From the NCBI GenBank assembly GCA_965215185.1, contig OZ244034.1, positions 2,752,001 to 2,816,000 of the forward strand: DNA of 64,000 bases, in the 5' to 3' direction. Below are positions 8,666 to 18,619 of the stretch, in pieces. The notes under the pieces are model-generated. The model had not been told where the DNA came from. It was given only the letters and a program-made list of their open reading frames with translations, and did no database searches. This DNA comes from Acidimicrobiia bacterium (lineage in GTDB: Bacteria > Actinomycetota > Acidimicrobiia > Spongiisociales > ZC4RG35). Position 1 is the first letter of the stretch; each line of letters opens with the position of its first letter. The position numbers were made by a program, and so were the translations under genes.

Positions 8666-10701
8666 CAGTAACCCATCTCCGGAGAGGAGTAGCCGGCATC
8701 CGACGTCTCGCCGGAGTGATCGGAGTCGTCATGGGGCTCTTCGAGGGGTTCCATGCTCCAGCCGAATGCGGCCGCGGTCATCACCAAAACTCCCACCAGG
8801 ATCAATAACTTCCCCACCACAGAGGTGTGGAAGATGATTCCCCAGCCCACCAGGGGGATCCCGGATGCAAACAGCACCGGGTAATAGGAGGGAGCTGGAA
8901 GGTGAATGGGGTGGGGAGGGTTGATCCCGGTTTCCAACAGTTCGTTGAGTGTCTCCTCGGCGTCCGCTCTCCGCACCGGGCGGCCTTCGGAATCGTTCTC
9001 GTACTTTTTGTGCCAGAAGTCGTCGAGAGAAGTGATCGTGGGCGACACCCCATAGTTGTATTCGGGAGTTGGGTTGGGGATCGTCCACTCTACGGTCCGG
9101 GCGTCCCAAGGGTCGATTCCCGACGGTTCGCCATGGCGCTTTGAACGCCACCAGTTAAACATGAAGATCAGAACCCCGGCCGTTATCACAAAGGCCCCCA
9201 CCGTGGCAACCAGGTTCCAGAAATCAAACCCGGCCTCCGGCGGGTAGTAGGCGGTGCGTCTCACCATGCCCTGCAGGCCTAGCCAATGCATGGGAGCAAA
9301 GGTGAGATTGAAGCCGGTGAAGAAGGTCCAAAAGTGCAGCTTCCCCAGCCGCTCGTTGAGCAGTCGGCCGGTGATCTTGGGGAACCAGTAGTAGAGGCCG
9401 GAAAAAATACCGAACACCGCTCCCCCGAATAGCACATAGTGAAAGTGGGCCACGATGTAGTAGGTGTCGGTTTGCTGCCAGTCGGAGGGAACGATGGCGT
9501 GGGTCACCCCCGACAGCCCTCCGATGACGAACATTGCCACGAACCCGATCGCGAACAGCATGGAGCTGGTGAAACGTAATCGACCCCCCCACATGGTGCC
9601 CATCCAGTTGAATATCTTCACGCCGGTGGGCACCGCGATGGTCATGGTGGAAAGGGCGAATGCGGCCTGGGCCACCGGGCTGATTCCCGACGCGAACATG
9701 TGATGCGCCCAGACTCCGAATCCCATGAAGGCGATGGCCGATCCGGCAAAAACCACCGCCGCATAGCCAAACAGGGGCTTGCGGCTGTACACGGGCAAAA
9801 CTTCGGAGACGATTCCCATGGCGGGAAGGACCAGGATGTAGACCTCGGGGTGACCGAATAACCAGAACAGATGCTGCCACAAAATGGGGTCGCCTCCCGC
9901 CTCCGCCACGAAGAACAGGCTGCCGAACTGCCGGTCGAAGGTGACCATGAACAGGGCGATGGCGATGATGGGAAGTGAAAAGAGCAACAGGAGAGCAACC
10001 ACCAAGGTCATCCACACGAACACCGGCATCCGCAAAAGCCGCATGCCGACCGCCCGCATGTTGAAGATGGTGACGATGAAATTGACTGCTGAAATGAGTG
10101 AGGCCACTCCCAGGAATTGGACGCCCAGCGCCCAAAAGTCCATGGCCCTGCCGGGGGAGTAGAACGGTCCGGCATTGGGCTGATACCCGAACCACCCTCC
10201 GTCGGGCATTCCACCCAAGATGGTGTTGTCACCCGGATCCAGGTTCCCCGCCACGCCCTCCACTCCTAACGGCGCGGTGGGATCGCTGAACAGGAGCACC
10301 GAATAGAGGAAGATTCCTCCGAACAGGAATATCCACCATGACAATGCGTTCATACGGGGGAAAGCAACGTCCCGGGCGCCGATCATCAGCGGAAGGAGAT
10401 AATTCATGAAGGCGGCCGAGATTGGCATCACGAACAGGAACACCATGGTGGTGCCATGCATAGTGAAGGCCGCGTTGTACTCGGCGGCGGTCAGGAAGGT
10501 GTTGTCAGCCGCCGACAGCTGGATGCGCAACAAGAGGGCCTCGGTTCCGCCCACCAGGAAAAAAATGAAGGCGGCGTATCCGTACATGATCCCGATCTTT
10601 TTGTGATCGGCGGTGGTGACCCACGCCCAGAACCCGCTGCTGGAACGGGGCCTGCGGAATATGGTGGTGGGTCGGCGTTCGGCGGCGGTCATGTGAGACA
10701 A
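8665..10701 (-). CDS. ctaD: cytochrome c oxidase subunit I (A1 type)
   Basis: DHKKIG, TMHG, FGHPEVYI, WAHHMF, VAHFHYV. Confidence 0.97.
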   Translation of the reverse strand: MSHMTAAERRPTTIFRRPRSSSGFWAWVTTADHKKIGIMYGYAAFIFFLVGGTEALLLRIQLSAADNTFLTAAEYNAAFTMHGTTMVFLFVMPISAAFMNYLLPLMIGARDVAFPRMNALSWWIFLFGGIFLYSVLLFSDPTAPLGVEGVAGNLDPGDNTILGGMPDGGWFGYQPNAGPFYSPGRAMDFWALGVQFLGVASLISAVNFIVTIFNMRAVGMRLLRMPVFVWMTLVVALLLLFSLPIIAIALFMVTFDRQFGSLFFVAEAGGDPILWQHLFWLFGHPEVYILVLPAMGIVSEVLPVYSRKPLFGYAAVVFAGSAIAFMGFGVWAHHMFASGISPVAQAAFALSTMTIAVPTGVKIFNWMGTMWGGRLRFTSSMLFAIGFVAMFVIGGLSGVTHAIVPSDWQQTDTYYIVAHFHYVLFGGAVFGIFSGLYYWFPKITGRLLNERLGKLHFWTFFTGFNLTFAPMHWLGLQGMVRRTAYYPPEAGFDFWNLVATVGAFVITAGVLIFMFNWWRSKRHGEPSGIDPWDARTVEWTIPNPTPEYNYGVSPTITSLDDFWHKKYENDSEGRPVRRADAEETLNELLETGINPPHPIHLPAPSYYPVLFASGIPLVGWGIIFHTSVVGKLLILVGVLVMTAAAFGWSMEPLEEPHDDSDHSGETSDAGYSSPEMGY

Positions 10702-10766
10702 TCCGGCCTAGGGACCATGGAGGGAATCTCCTTCCGGACGGGCTGGGCAACAAGCAAGTCTACGAC

Positions 10767-11846
10767 TCACTGCAGAGTGTCCAGCCAGACGATCAGATCT
10801 TCGATCTCTTGGTGGGTGAGATCCAGGTTGGGCATAAAGGACCCCGATTTGACTCCCGGTGGGTTGGCCAACCATTCCCGCAATCCGTCAGACCGCGATT
10901 GCCCCTCGCGCGGCAGGGCGGCGCCGGCGAACACCCCTCGAGAGGCGAAGTGGGTCAAGTTGGGGCCGTTGTAGAGGTCGTCAGCCACCAGGTTGGTCCC
11001 CGGATTGTCCGACCCGTAGTCAACGGTGTGACACTGGGTGCATCCCTGCTCTTGGAAAACCCTGAGGCCAGCGGCAGCCGGGGTGTCGGGCTCGGGTGGT
11101 ATGGCCTGCTGCTGTTGGGCGGCCGCCCAGGAATCGAAATCGGCCTGGGTCATAGAGATCACCCGGGCCCGCATCAGCGAGTGGGAGAGTCCACAGAACT
11201 CGGCGCAGTGTCCCCAGAACTCGGCGGGCTCGTCCGCCTGCAGCTTCAGGGTGGTCTCCTGCCCGGGGACCAGATAGCGCTTGCCCATCAGGTGGGGGAC
11301 CCAATAGTTGTGGAGCACATCGGCTGAGGTCATGTAAGCACACACCTCCCGATCGATCGGGATCGCCAAGACGCTCGCTGATTCGATACCCAACTCGGGA
11401 TAGCGATACTCGAACCACCACTGGTGCCCGATGATCTCCACCGGCATGGCATCGTCGCCGCATTCGGTCAACTCGAACACGCCCCGGACCGTCGGCACCG
11501 CAATGACGGTGAGAATCAGCGCGGGAATGATCGTCCAAGTGATCTCCAGTTTGTTGTTGCCGTGGACCTGGCGAGGTTCTTTGCGGCCCGCCCGATCCCG
11601 GAACAGCAGAACGATCAGCAGGATTCCACCCTCCACCACCACGAATATCACAACCGCTATCCAAAACACCTGCCAGAAAATCGCGTCGATTCTCTCGGCG
11701 AAGGGACCGGCCGGCTCGAAGGTGGTGAGTGGGGCATCCTCGATCTTCACCAGGCTGCAGGCAGCCAAGCTGAAAGCCGTCAGGGCAGCCAAAGACCCCC
11801 ACTTGACAATTGGTCGTATGAGGCGTGTCACGTGCCGCCGGATCAT
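10767..11846 (-). CDS. ctaC: cytochrome c oxidase subunit II with C-terminal cytochrome c domain (caa3 type)
   Basis: lipobox SLAAC; HQWWFEY; CuA ligands DVLH...CAEFCGLSHSLM; heme c motif CTQCH with distal Met in FMPN. Confidence 0.95.
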   Translation of the reverse strand: MIRRHVTRLIRPIVKWGSLAALTAFSLAACSLVKIEDAPLTTFEPAGPFAERIDAIFWQVFWIAVVIFVVVEGGILLIVLLFRDRAGRKEPRQVHGNNKLEITWTIIPALILTVIAVPTVRGVFELTECGDDAMPVEIIGHQWWFEYRYPELGIESASVLAIPIDREVCAYMTSADVLHNYWVPHLMGKRYLVPGQETTLKLQADEPAEFWGHCAEFCGLSHSLMRARVISMTQADFDSWAAAQQQQAIPPEPDTPAAAGLRVFQEQGCTQCHTVDYGSDNPGTNLVADDLYNGPNLTHFASRGVFAGAALPREGQSRSDGLREWLANPPGVKSGSFMPNLDLTHQEIEDLIVWLDTLQ

Positions 11847-11955
11847 ATACGACAGATGATACGATTCTGTGCGCCTCTTCCCAATCTGGCCCGCCTGATG
11901 GAGAACTCAGAGGCTGCCCAGAGAGGGCGGTTGACAGCGACGGCGCTACGCTGAA

Positions 11956-12741
11956 ATGGGGATGTTGAATGGCAACGCCGACGCTTTAGTAAGGCTGGAG
12001 GATGTGGTCATGCACTATCCGGTCAGGATGGAGGGAGTAACCGGTCGCCGCCGGAATCTGAGGGCGGTGGATGGAGTGAGTTTCTCGATTGCAGAAGGTG
12101 AAGCCCTGGGGTTGGTGGGGGAGTCAGGATGCGGGAAGTCCACGGTCGCCAAGCTGATGATGCGCCTACTGACGCCCACCAGTGGTCGGGTGGCTTTCAT
12201 GGGACGAGACATCACCGAACTGGGCAGACGGGAGATGCGTCCTTTGCGTCGCAACATGCAGATCGTCTTTCAGGATCCCTTCGCCTCTCTCAATGCCGGG
12301 ATGAAAGCGGGGGATATCGTAGCCGAACCGCTGTTAGTCCACGAAGGTCGCCGTCCCGAGGCCGGTAGGGTGTTGGAACTCTTTGAGTTGGTGGGTTTGC
12401 ATCCCGGCGACGTCCAGAAGTACCCCCACGAGTTCTCCGGGGCCCAGCGCCAGTGGATCAGCATCGCTCGGGCCTTGGCGCTTCGACCCAAGCTGTTGGT
12501 GTTGGACGAGCCGGTGTCGGCGCTTGATGTCTCAATCCAGGCTCAGATCATCAACCTGCTGATCGAATTGAAGCAAAGCTTGGGGCTGGCATATCTGTTC
12601 ATTGCCCATGACCTGTCGGTGGTGCGTCATGTATGCGAACAAGTGGCGGTGATGTACCTGGGAAAGATCGTTGAGTGGGGAGATCGGGAGCAGGTGTTCT
12701 CCCGGCCGTGCCATCCATATACCCAAGCCCTGGTGTCGGCC
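11956..12741 (+). pseudogene. OppF/AppF-like ABC ATPase, C-terminally truncated
   Basis: GESGCGKS, YPHEFSGAQRQ, LDEPVSALD, HPYTQALVSA; homology ends at about 12741 and the ORF then reads the antisense of a permease. Confidence 0.75.
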
Positions 12742-13049
12742 ACCAGGATCAAAGTGGAGGGAATCTGGGCTCCGATCAGGTCGAGTACGGAGCGGCCGGA
12801 CACCGAACGACCCAGGTCGCCTTGCACCAGTCCGAGCAGATACTCGCCCAATTGGACCAACAGAGGTCGGTTGAGGCCCAATGCCTCTCGTATCTGCTCC
12901 TGCTGTTCGGGAGAGAACTTGGCGCCTCCGGTCATCATCGCCGACACGGCGTCACCGGGCACCAGTTGCATGATAAAGAAGATCAGAATGGCGGCCCCAA
13001 CCAGCACAGGGATGGTCAAGGCCAGACGGCCGAAGATGTATTTCAGCAC
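12738..13049 (-). pseudogene. OppB/DppB-like permease, N-terminal fragment only
   Basis: MLKYIFGRLALTIPVL...LVPGD...LGLNRPLLVQLGEYL...GDLGRS...IPSTLILVA, then loss of homology after about 104 aa. Confidence 0.8.
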
Positions 13050-13092
13050 TGCTTGCTCATCCGCCCATAGCCTGTCGGTTCTCGATTAGTTC

Positions 13093-14997
13093 CTACTGGC
13101 TAATGGATGCTCCCGCGAAGTACTTGTAGAACCCGGTTCCGTCCACCGAGAACCCGCTCAACGCGTTCGGGAACGCAGCGAAGAGGCGCAACTCGATGAT
13201 CGGCACAATGTAGGCCTGGTCCATGATGTATCTCTGTATGTCGGAGAGGATTTCAGCGCGGCGCGCAGTGTTGATTTCCTCGGAGGCGGCAACCAACAGG
13301 GCGTCCAGATGGTCGTCTCGGATGTGGCCGACATTAATGTTGCCGGGGCCGACCGAGGACGAGTGGAAGTCCCGTTGCAAAGTGACGGGGGATGCGAACA
13401 CGTCTCCCATCGAGGCGAGTTCATAGGGAGTTTCGCCCGTTTCTTGGAGGTAGCCGCCAGCCTCAAAGGTGATCACTTCGGCGTCGAACCCGACGTCTCT
13501 CAGTTGCGCCTGCAGGAGCGTTACCCACGGGTTCCAACTGCGGTTCTCAATGATTCGGGCAATGAGGGTCTCATCACCCTTGCGCCGGATTCCGTCTTCA
13601 CCCAGTGTCCACCCTGCCTCGTCCAGCAACTCCGCGGAACGGGCTGGGTCGTATGGGTAGTAGGTTTCCACGATCGAGTCGTACTCGGCAAAGTTGCTGG
13701 AAAGCGGACCGTAGGCGCGGGGCACCCTGCCGCAGAACACGGCTTGGACGATGGAATCCTGATCAACAGCATGCAAGATAGCCTGACGCACCCGGATGTC
13801 CGAGGTGGGCGAGATGCTGGGGTTGATGTAGTTGACCTGGGGCAGGCCGGGGAGGGAGAACCCTTCCACCGTTATGCCGTCCAACGCCTCCAAGGGTGAG
13901 ATGTTCTGGGAGGGGACCAGATCGAGGAAGTGGATTTCCCCGGTGGAAAGCGTCGCGGTGCGGGCCTGCTCGTCGGGGATGTACCGGAAGACCAAGCGTT
14001 CCGCGCGGGCCGGGCCGGTGGTTCCGTAGAAGGAGAAGGCGCCCCATGTCCAGTCTGGATTGCGGACCAGGGAAATATGGCTTCCTTCCACCCATTCCTC
14101 GAAGATGAACGGACCGGTGCCGATGGGCTGTTTACCGGCGTCATCCCCGAGTGCTTCCACGGCCGTCGCGTTTGTTATACCGGCACCCGGGGTGGCCAAG
14201 TCGATGAGGATGTCCGGTACCGGCTTGGAGAAGACCAGTTCAACCGTGTAGTCATCGATCACCTCAGTGTCTTGGTAGTTTTTGGCAATCGACGAGGTAA
14301 CCGCTCCGGCGACGTCACCCTTCATGCGGTCGAAGTGAGCTTTGACCGCATGGGCGCTCAGAGGATCACCGTTATGGAATGTAACCCCCTGCCGCAGGGT
14401 GAATCGTACCCGAGTGGCGTCGGCGCTCTGGGACCAGTCAGTAGCCAGGCCGGGATGCAGCTGTATTCCAGGGCTCAGAATCACCAGTGTCTCATAGATC
14501 TGGGCCACAACCGCCTGGTCATTGACGGTGGTGGAGTTGAAGGCATCGAGTTGGGACGGCTCCTGGTTGGTGCCGAACACAATCGTGCCTCCGCCCATCA
14601 GCTCCTCGATTTCCATCTGGGTTTCCTCGACTTGCATCTGGGTTTCCTCAGCCTCCATCTGGGCTTCCTCGGCAGCCTTCGCCGCTTCGGCAGCGGCCAT
14701 TTCGGCTTCCTCGGCGGCCTTCATGGCTGCTTCCAGCGCAGCTTGGGCTTCTTCGCCAACTGCTGCCTCTGCCGCCTCCAGCGCCGCTTCGGCGTCGGCC
14801 TGGGCTTTATCCAGCGCCGCCTGGGTTGCCGCAGCCTCCGTTTGGGCCTGAGCCGTTTGGGCCTGAGCCGTTTGGGCCTGAGCCGCCGCGGCGGCGGCTG
14901 CCGCCTCTTCTGCCGCACCGTCGTCGCCGCAGGCGGTTGCGATCAGTGTCAAGGCAACGAAAATGCCGAGCAAGGCTCGAACGGATAGTTTTCCCAT
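13093..14997 (-). CDS. ABC transporter substrate-binding lipoprotein, family 5 (peptide/nickel type), with Ala/Glu-rich N-terminal stalk
   Basis: lipobox IATAC; FTLRQGVTFHNG, PIGTGPF, DIRVRQAILHAVD, YPYDPARSAELLDEAGW. Confidence 0.9.
   Translation of the reverse strand: MGKLSVRALLGIFVALTLIATACGDDGAAEEAAAAAAAAQAQTAQAQTAQAQTEAAATQAALDKAQADAEAALEAAEAAVGEEAQAALEAAMKAAEEAEMAAAEAAKAAEEAQMEAEETQMQVEETQMEIEELMGGGTIVFGTNQEPSQLDAFNSTTVNDQAVVAQIYETLVILSPGIQLHPGLATDWSQSADATRVRFTLRQGVTFHNGDPLSAHAVKAHFDRMKGDVAGAVTSSIAKNYQDTEVIDDYTVELVFSKPVPDILIDLATPGAGITNATAVEALGDDAGKQPIGTGPFIFEEWVEGSHISLVRNPDWTWGAFSFYGTTGPARAERLVFRYIPDEQARTATLSTGEIHFLDLVPSQNISPLEALDGITVEGFSLPGLPQVNYINPSISPTSDIRVRQAILHAVDQDSIVQAVFCGRVPRAYGPLSSNFAEYDSIVETYYPYDPARSAELLDEAGWTLGEDGIRRKGDETLIARIIENRSWNPWVTLLQAQLRDVGFDAEVITFEAGGYLQETGETPYELASMGDVFASPVTLQRDFHSSSVGPGNINVGHIRDDHLDALLVAASEEINTARRAEILSDIQRYIMDQAYIVPIIELRLFAAFPNALSGFSVDGTGFYKYFAGASISQ
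14614..14676. repeat. three imperfect 21-bp (heptad-coding) tandem repeats in the SBP stalk
   Basis: CATCTGGG(T/C)TTCCTC core recurring at 14614, 14635 and 14656; encodes EE(T/A)QM units. Confidence 0.8.
14838..14885. repeat. perfect 15-bp tandem repeat, about 3.2 copies (AQAQT units)
   Basis: CCGTTTGGGCCTGAG at 14838, 14853 and 14868. Confidence 0.9.
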
Positions 14998-15071
14998 ATT
15001 CTGCTCTTAGCTGTTGGTGGGGCTAGCCAGACCTCATGAATCTCAATCCCAAGATAGCCCGACGGGCTTTG

Positions 15072-15089
15072 GCAGATAGTGCAGATAGT
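15072..15089. repeat. 9-bp tandem duplication at the oppD truncation point
   Basis: GCAGATAGT GCAGATAGT. Confidence 0.75.
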
Positions 15090-15685
15090 GACGTCAAGGC
15101 AGTGGTGGGTTCGTCGGCGATCACCACCGATGGCTATTTGGCGATGGCGATTACCACCCGCTGGCGCATGCCGCCTGACATCTCGTGGGGAAACTGGCGG
15201 TAACGCTGGCGAGGGTTGGGAATGCCCACCAGGTCCAATAGATCAAGCGCCTTCTGTCGAGCGGCGGCGCGGGAGACACCATGGATGCGGAGCGCTTCGG
15301 CGATCTGGCTCCCCACCCGCATCACTGGGTTGAGCGAGGTCATGGGATCTTGGAAGACCATGGCGATCTCTTTGCCTCGGATGTTTTTCAACTCACCATC
15401 CGCAAGCCCAAGCAACTCCTTTCCCTTATAGAGGATCTCGCCTCCGTTCACCAGAGCGTTGTCGGGCAGCAGCCCCACCAAAGAGGAGACCGTGACAGTC
15501 TTCCCGGACCCAGACTCGCCCACCAACCCCAGTATGTCACCTGGATACAAAGAGAAGCTGACGTCCTCTACGGCGGGAAGCACCCCGGCGTGTGTGTCGA
15601 AAGAAATCGAAAGGTCGCGTACCTCCAAGAGAGGCGCCGTGTCGTCGGGTTGGGGATAGGGAAGTTGAAGTTTTTCACTAGGCAT
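15081..15685 (-). pseudogene. OppD/DppD-like ABC ATPase pseudogene
   Basis: [32 protein letters not shown]; in-frame TAG at 15134-15136, then [13 protein letters not shown], a 1-nt frameshift before DVTI, then truncation. Confidence 0.85.
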
Positions 15686-15687
15686 GA

Positions 15688-17100
15688 CTATACGCGGTCG
15701 CCACCAGTGTCGTTCAGATCGGTGAGCAGTATGGCTGCCTCTCTCTCCAGAACCGACGCCGCCTCGGCCGTGTAGGCCGTTGCCCATTGCGGTTCATAGC
15801 CGCCCCTTTCGAATTCTTCGGCGGTGGGCACGTAACCGGTGACCCCGTTGGAATAGCCTGCCATGTGAGTGAACTGGAATGGAGAGTTTTCTCGCACCCG
15901 TACCCCGATCTCCGCGAACGGCTCGCCCGGGAACCCCACCAGCGCTACGGGACCCATCCTGATTCCGTGCAGGGTGGTGGAAAGGCGAGTCTTGCCCCCA
16001 CACAACTTCGCCCAAGCGGCGCTGATCAAAGCCCTCCGAGCCCGAAAGCGAGCGTCCAGCACCTCCTCCTACGATGCTCCCGACTTCTCCAATTCCAGGA
16101 ACCGGCTGGAAAGACTCTGGGCATGAGCTTCAGCTTGATGGGGATCGTCAGTGGACCGTACCGGCATTTCAATGGCTCTCTCGATGACCTTTATGGTGGG
16201 CTCCTGGTCGGGGAGAGGATCTTCCGCCCAGATTCCCAACGGCGCTCCCGATTCCACTATCCCCGCGAACCTTCTCTTGGTGGGTCGGGTCCGGATGCCA
16301 GTGAAGACCTTGGCGGCCTCGGCTCCCAGCATGGTCCCCATCCGCTCGGCCGCCCCCAGATCGCCGGTCAGGGCCTCAATGGTCATGATGTTGCCGGCAC
16401 AGCCCTGTAGATAGAGACAGGCGGCGCCGGTCAACTCCTCCACGACACGTTTGGCGACTCCGGGAAAATCGGGGCTGAGCAAGCGGTTCTGATAGGCGAG
16501 GATGATGGGATGGGCGGCATAGCAGAGCAAAGCGGCTAAGGGGTTTTCGTCGAGATCGTCGAATCGCACCACCATTACCTGGTGGTCGGCGAATCCTTCG
16601 AAATTCTGTCCCACCACTACTTCTCCGTTGGGCGCCCGAAGCCTTCGATTGACGGCGATGGAACTTTCTCCCCATCCAGCCGCCAGGCGGGCGGGACGGA
16701 GGGCGGCCTTGGCTTGATGGGTGGCGCCCAGCGTCTGCGACCAGACGGTCTCCCGATAACCAGGCACCAGTTCATGGCCTTCCCGGCCCGACCGGGATCC
16801 CAAGAGGCCCGACCACACCGGCCCGGCGTGGGTGTGCGTGAAAGAAACCCGGACATTGCGCGGGTCGATCCCCAGTACCCCGGCCACGTCTTTTCGGATG
16901 CGGTCGGAGTCTTCCACTGAGACCACCATCAGGTCGTAGTCCAAAATGGCGAAGGTTTCGGTCTCGCCTTCCACAACCAGCACGGTTACCCACAGGTCCA
17001 AGTGGACTCCCTCTGCCCGATGGTGGGTCTGCACTCCCCACCTGGCGTGCTCTATTCCGATTGGCGGGGTGATGACTCCCCGGCCCACTCCTACTCTCAT
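15688..17100 (-). pseudogene. neutral/alkaline ceramidase-like amidohydrolase interrupted by one in-frame amber codon
   Basis: SFTHTHAGP, VNRR, YAAHP, SPDFPG, LQGCAGN in the 5' part; FPGEPF and GYSNG..GYVPT..GGYE in the 3' part; same frame across TAG at 16069-16071. Confidence 0.8.
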
Positions 17101-17190
17101 GGTGCCTCTTTCAAACGGTTGGGGTCCCCATCTGGGGTTGGCGGCGAGACTGGCGGATGGGTGTGGGAAAGCATACCGGGCCAGCCGCGT

Positions 17191-17970
17191 TCACTTCGGG
17201 GGAAAGTCGAGTTTTTTGGCCGACAGCCCCCCGTCCACTTTGAGCGTCTCGCCGGTGATGAAACTCGCCCGCTCAGAAAGCAGAAACACAATCGCGTCGG
17301 CCACTTCCGAAGTGTCGGCAAACCGTTGCTGGGCGTGGAGGGCGTCAGCTTCGGGTTTGGACATGCGGCCGCTTTCTATCGCTTCCCGAGCCAGGGGGGT
17401 ATTGATGTAGCCGGGCGCCACTGCGTTGACCCGGATACCCAAGTGGGCCCATTCAGTGGCCAGAGTTCTGGTCAGGGCGCTGACCGCCGCCTTGGTGGCC
17501 GCGTACGGGGCTCTAAGCGGCCATCCGAAGAACTCGGCCACCGAGGAGAGGTTGACGATGGCCCCTCCCTGGTGGGTCATCATGTGCCTACCGGCTGTCT
17601 GGCACCAGTAGAAGGTGCCCGACAGGTTGATATTCAGTACCTTCTGCCAGCCTTCGGGGGGAAAGTCCACGCTGGGTCCGGCCAACTGGATACCGGCGCA
17701 GTTCACCAGGCCTCGAACCGGGGTGTTCCAGTTCTCGATCCTCTCCATGGCCCGGTGGACAGCTTCAGGGCTGGAGACATCGCAGAGCACCTCCACCACC
17801 CGGTGGGGACCGTGCTTTTCCATCAGTGATGAGGCGTGTCCCGGCTTGAGGTCGACTGCGGCGCACCGGGCCTGCGGGTCTTCTGCCAGTAGGGAAGAGG
17901 CGACCGCCGAACCTATCCCCCCCCCTGACCCGGTGACGATTGTCACTCCCGAAGAGGAATCGTGTTTCAC
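17191..17970 (-). CDS. short-chain dehydrogenase/reductase
   Basis: VTGSGGGIG, VNCAG, YAATK, RVNAVAPG, ITGETLKVDGG. Confidence 0.93.
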   Translation of the reverse strand: MKHDSSSGVTIVTGSGGGIGSAVASSLLAEDPQARCAAVDLKPGHASSLMEKHGPHRVVEVLCDVSSPEAVHRAMERIENWNTPVRGLVNCAGIQLAGPSVDFPPEGWQKVLNINLSGTFYWCQTAGRHMMTHQGGAIVNLSSVAEFFGWPLRAPYAATKAAVSALTRTLATEWAHLGIRVNAVAPGYINTPLAREAIESGRMSKPEADALHAQQRFADTSEVADAIVFLLSERASFITGETLKVDGGLSAKKLDFPPK

Positions 17971-18395
17971 GACTGGGAGTCATCCCCCTGGGCATCGGAT
18001 GCCAACCAGCGGACTTCCGAGCCGGGAGGAGCGTAGAACCAGAGCGCGGTCATACCCTCGGGTCCCGAGTGAGTCTGGTGGGGGCTGTTGGACGGCGTGA
18101 AGAGGACAGTCCCCTCCTTCATGGGGTGTGACTTCCCGTCGATATCCACCCAACCTGAGCCGGAAAGCACCAACGCCACTTCCTCCGCCTCGTGAGAGTG
18201 AGGCACTGTCGCGAAGTGAGGAGGCAGGGCGGAGGTGCCCATCACGATCTTGGCCGAGTTGCCCAGTTCCGGAGAGGCCTGGACCGCCATCGCCCGTCCT
18301 TCTATCAACCGGCCGTCCCCCCCGCTGTTTCCGGCCAGGGTCTTTTCTATCCGCTCGGTTAGGCCCGAGAGGGTCCACTTGGGGATTTCGGTCAT
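17967..18395 (-). CDS. cupin domain protein
   Basis: HSHEAEE...PSNSPH cupin motifs; RBS before ATG 18395; stop overlaps the SDR start. Confidence 0.85.
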   Translation of the reverse strand: MTEIPKWTLSGLTERIEKTLAGNSGGDGRLIEGRAMAVQASPELGNSAKIVMGTSALPPHFATVPHSHEAEEVALVLSGSGWVDIDGKSHPMKEGTVLFTPSNSPHQTHSGPEGMTALWFYAPPGSEVRWLASDAQGDDSQS

Positions 18396-18619
18396 GTGAT
18401 CCTCACCTTCTGGGGGTGTTTCCATCTGGTAGCGAGGCTAGTTACAAACTCCGCAAAAGGGGGTGGCATCAGGGTCCATTTCCCGCCTGGGGATAGCGGA
18501 GGGGTCTGGCTACGACCGGGGCGAATCAGAGACAAAATGGGATCACTACCTTGAATCTTGGGTGACCACCGGCGGGTTCCGGTTGGGTGAATGGCGTTGG
18601 CGCTTGGTTCTGTAGTCTT

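Noticed and set aside
14614-14885. CRISPR-like repeats
   Set aside because: Contiguous in-frame coding repeats without spacers, and no cas genes
15134-16071. Amber recoding or pyrrolysine suggested by two in-frame TAGs in one operon
   Set aside because: Many intact genes here end in TAG, no pyl genes are seen, and oppD has further lesions, so decay explains it better
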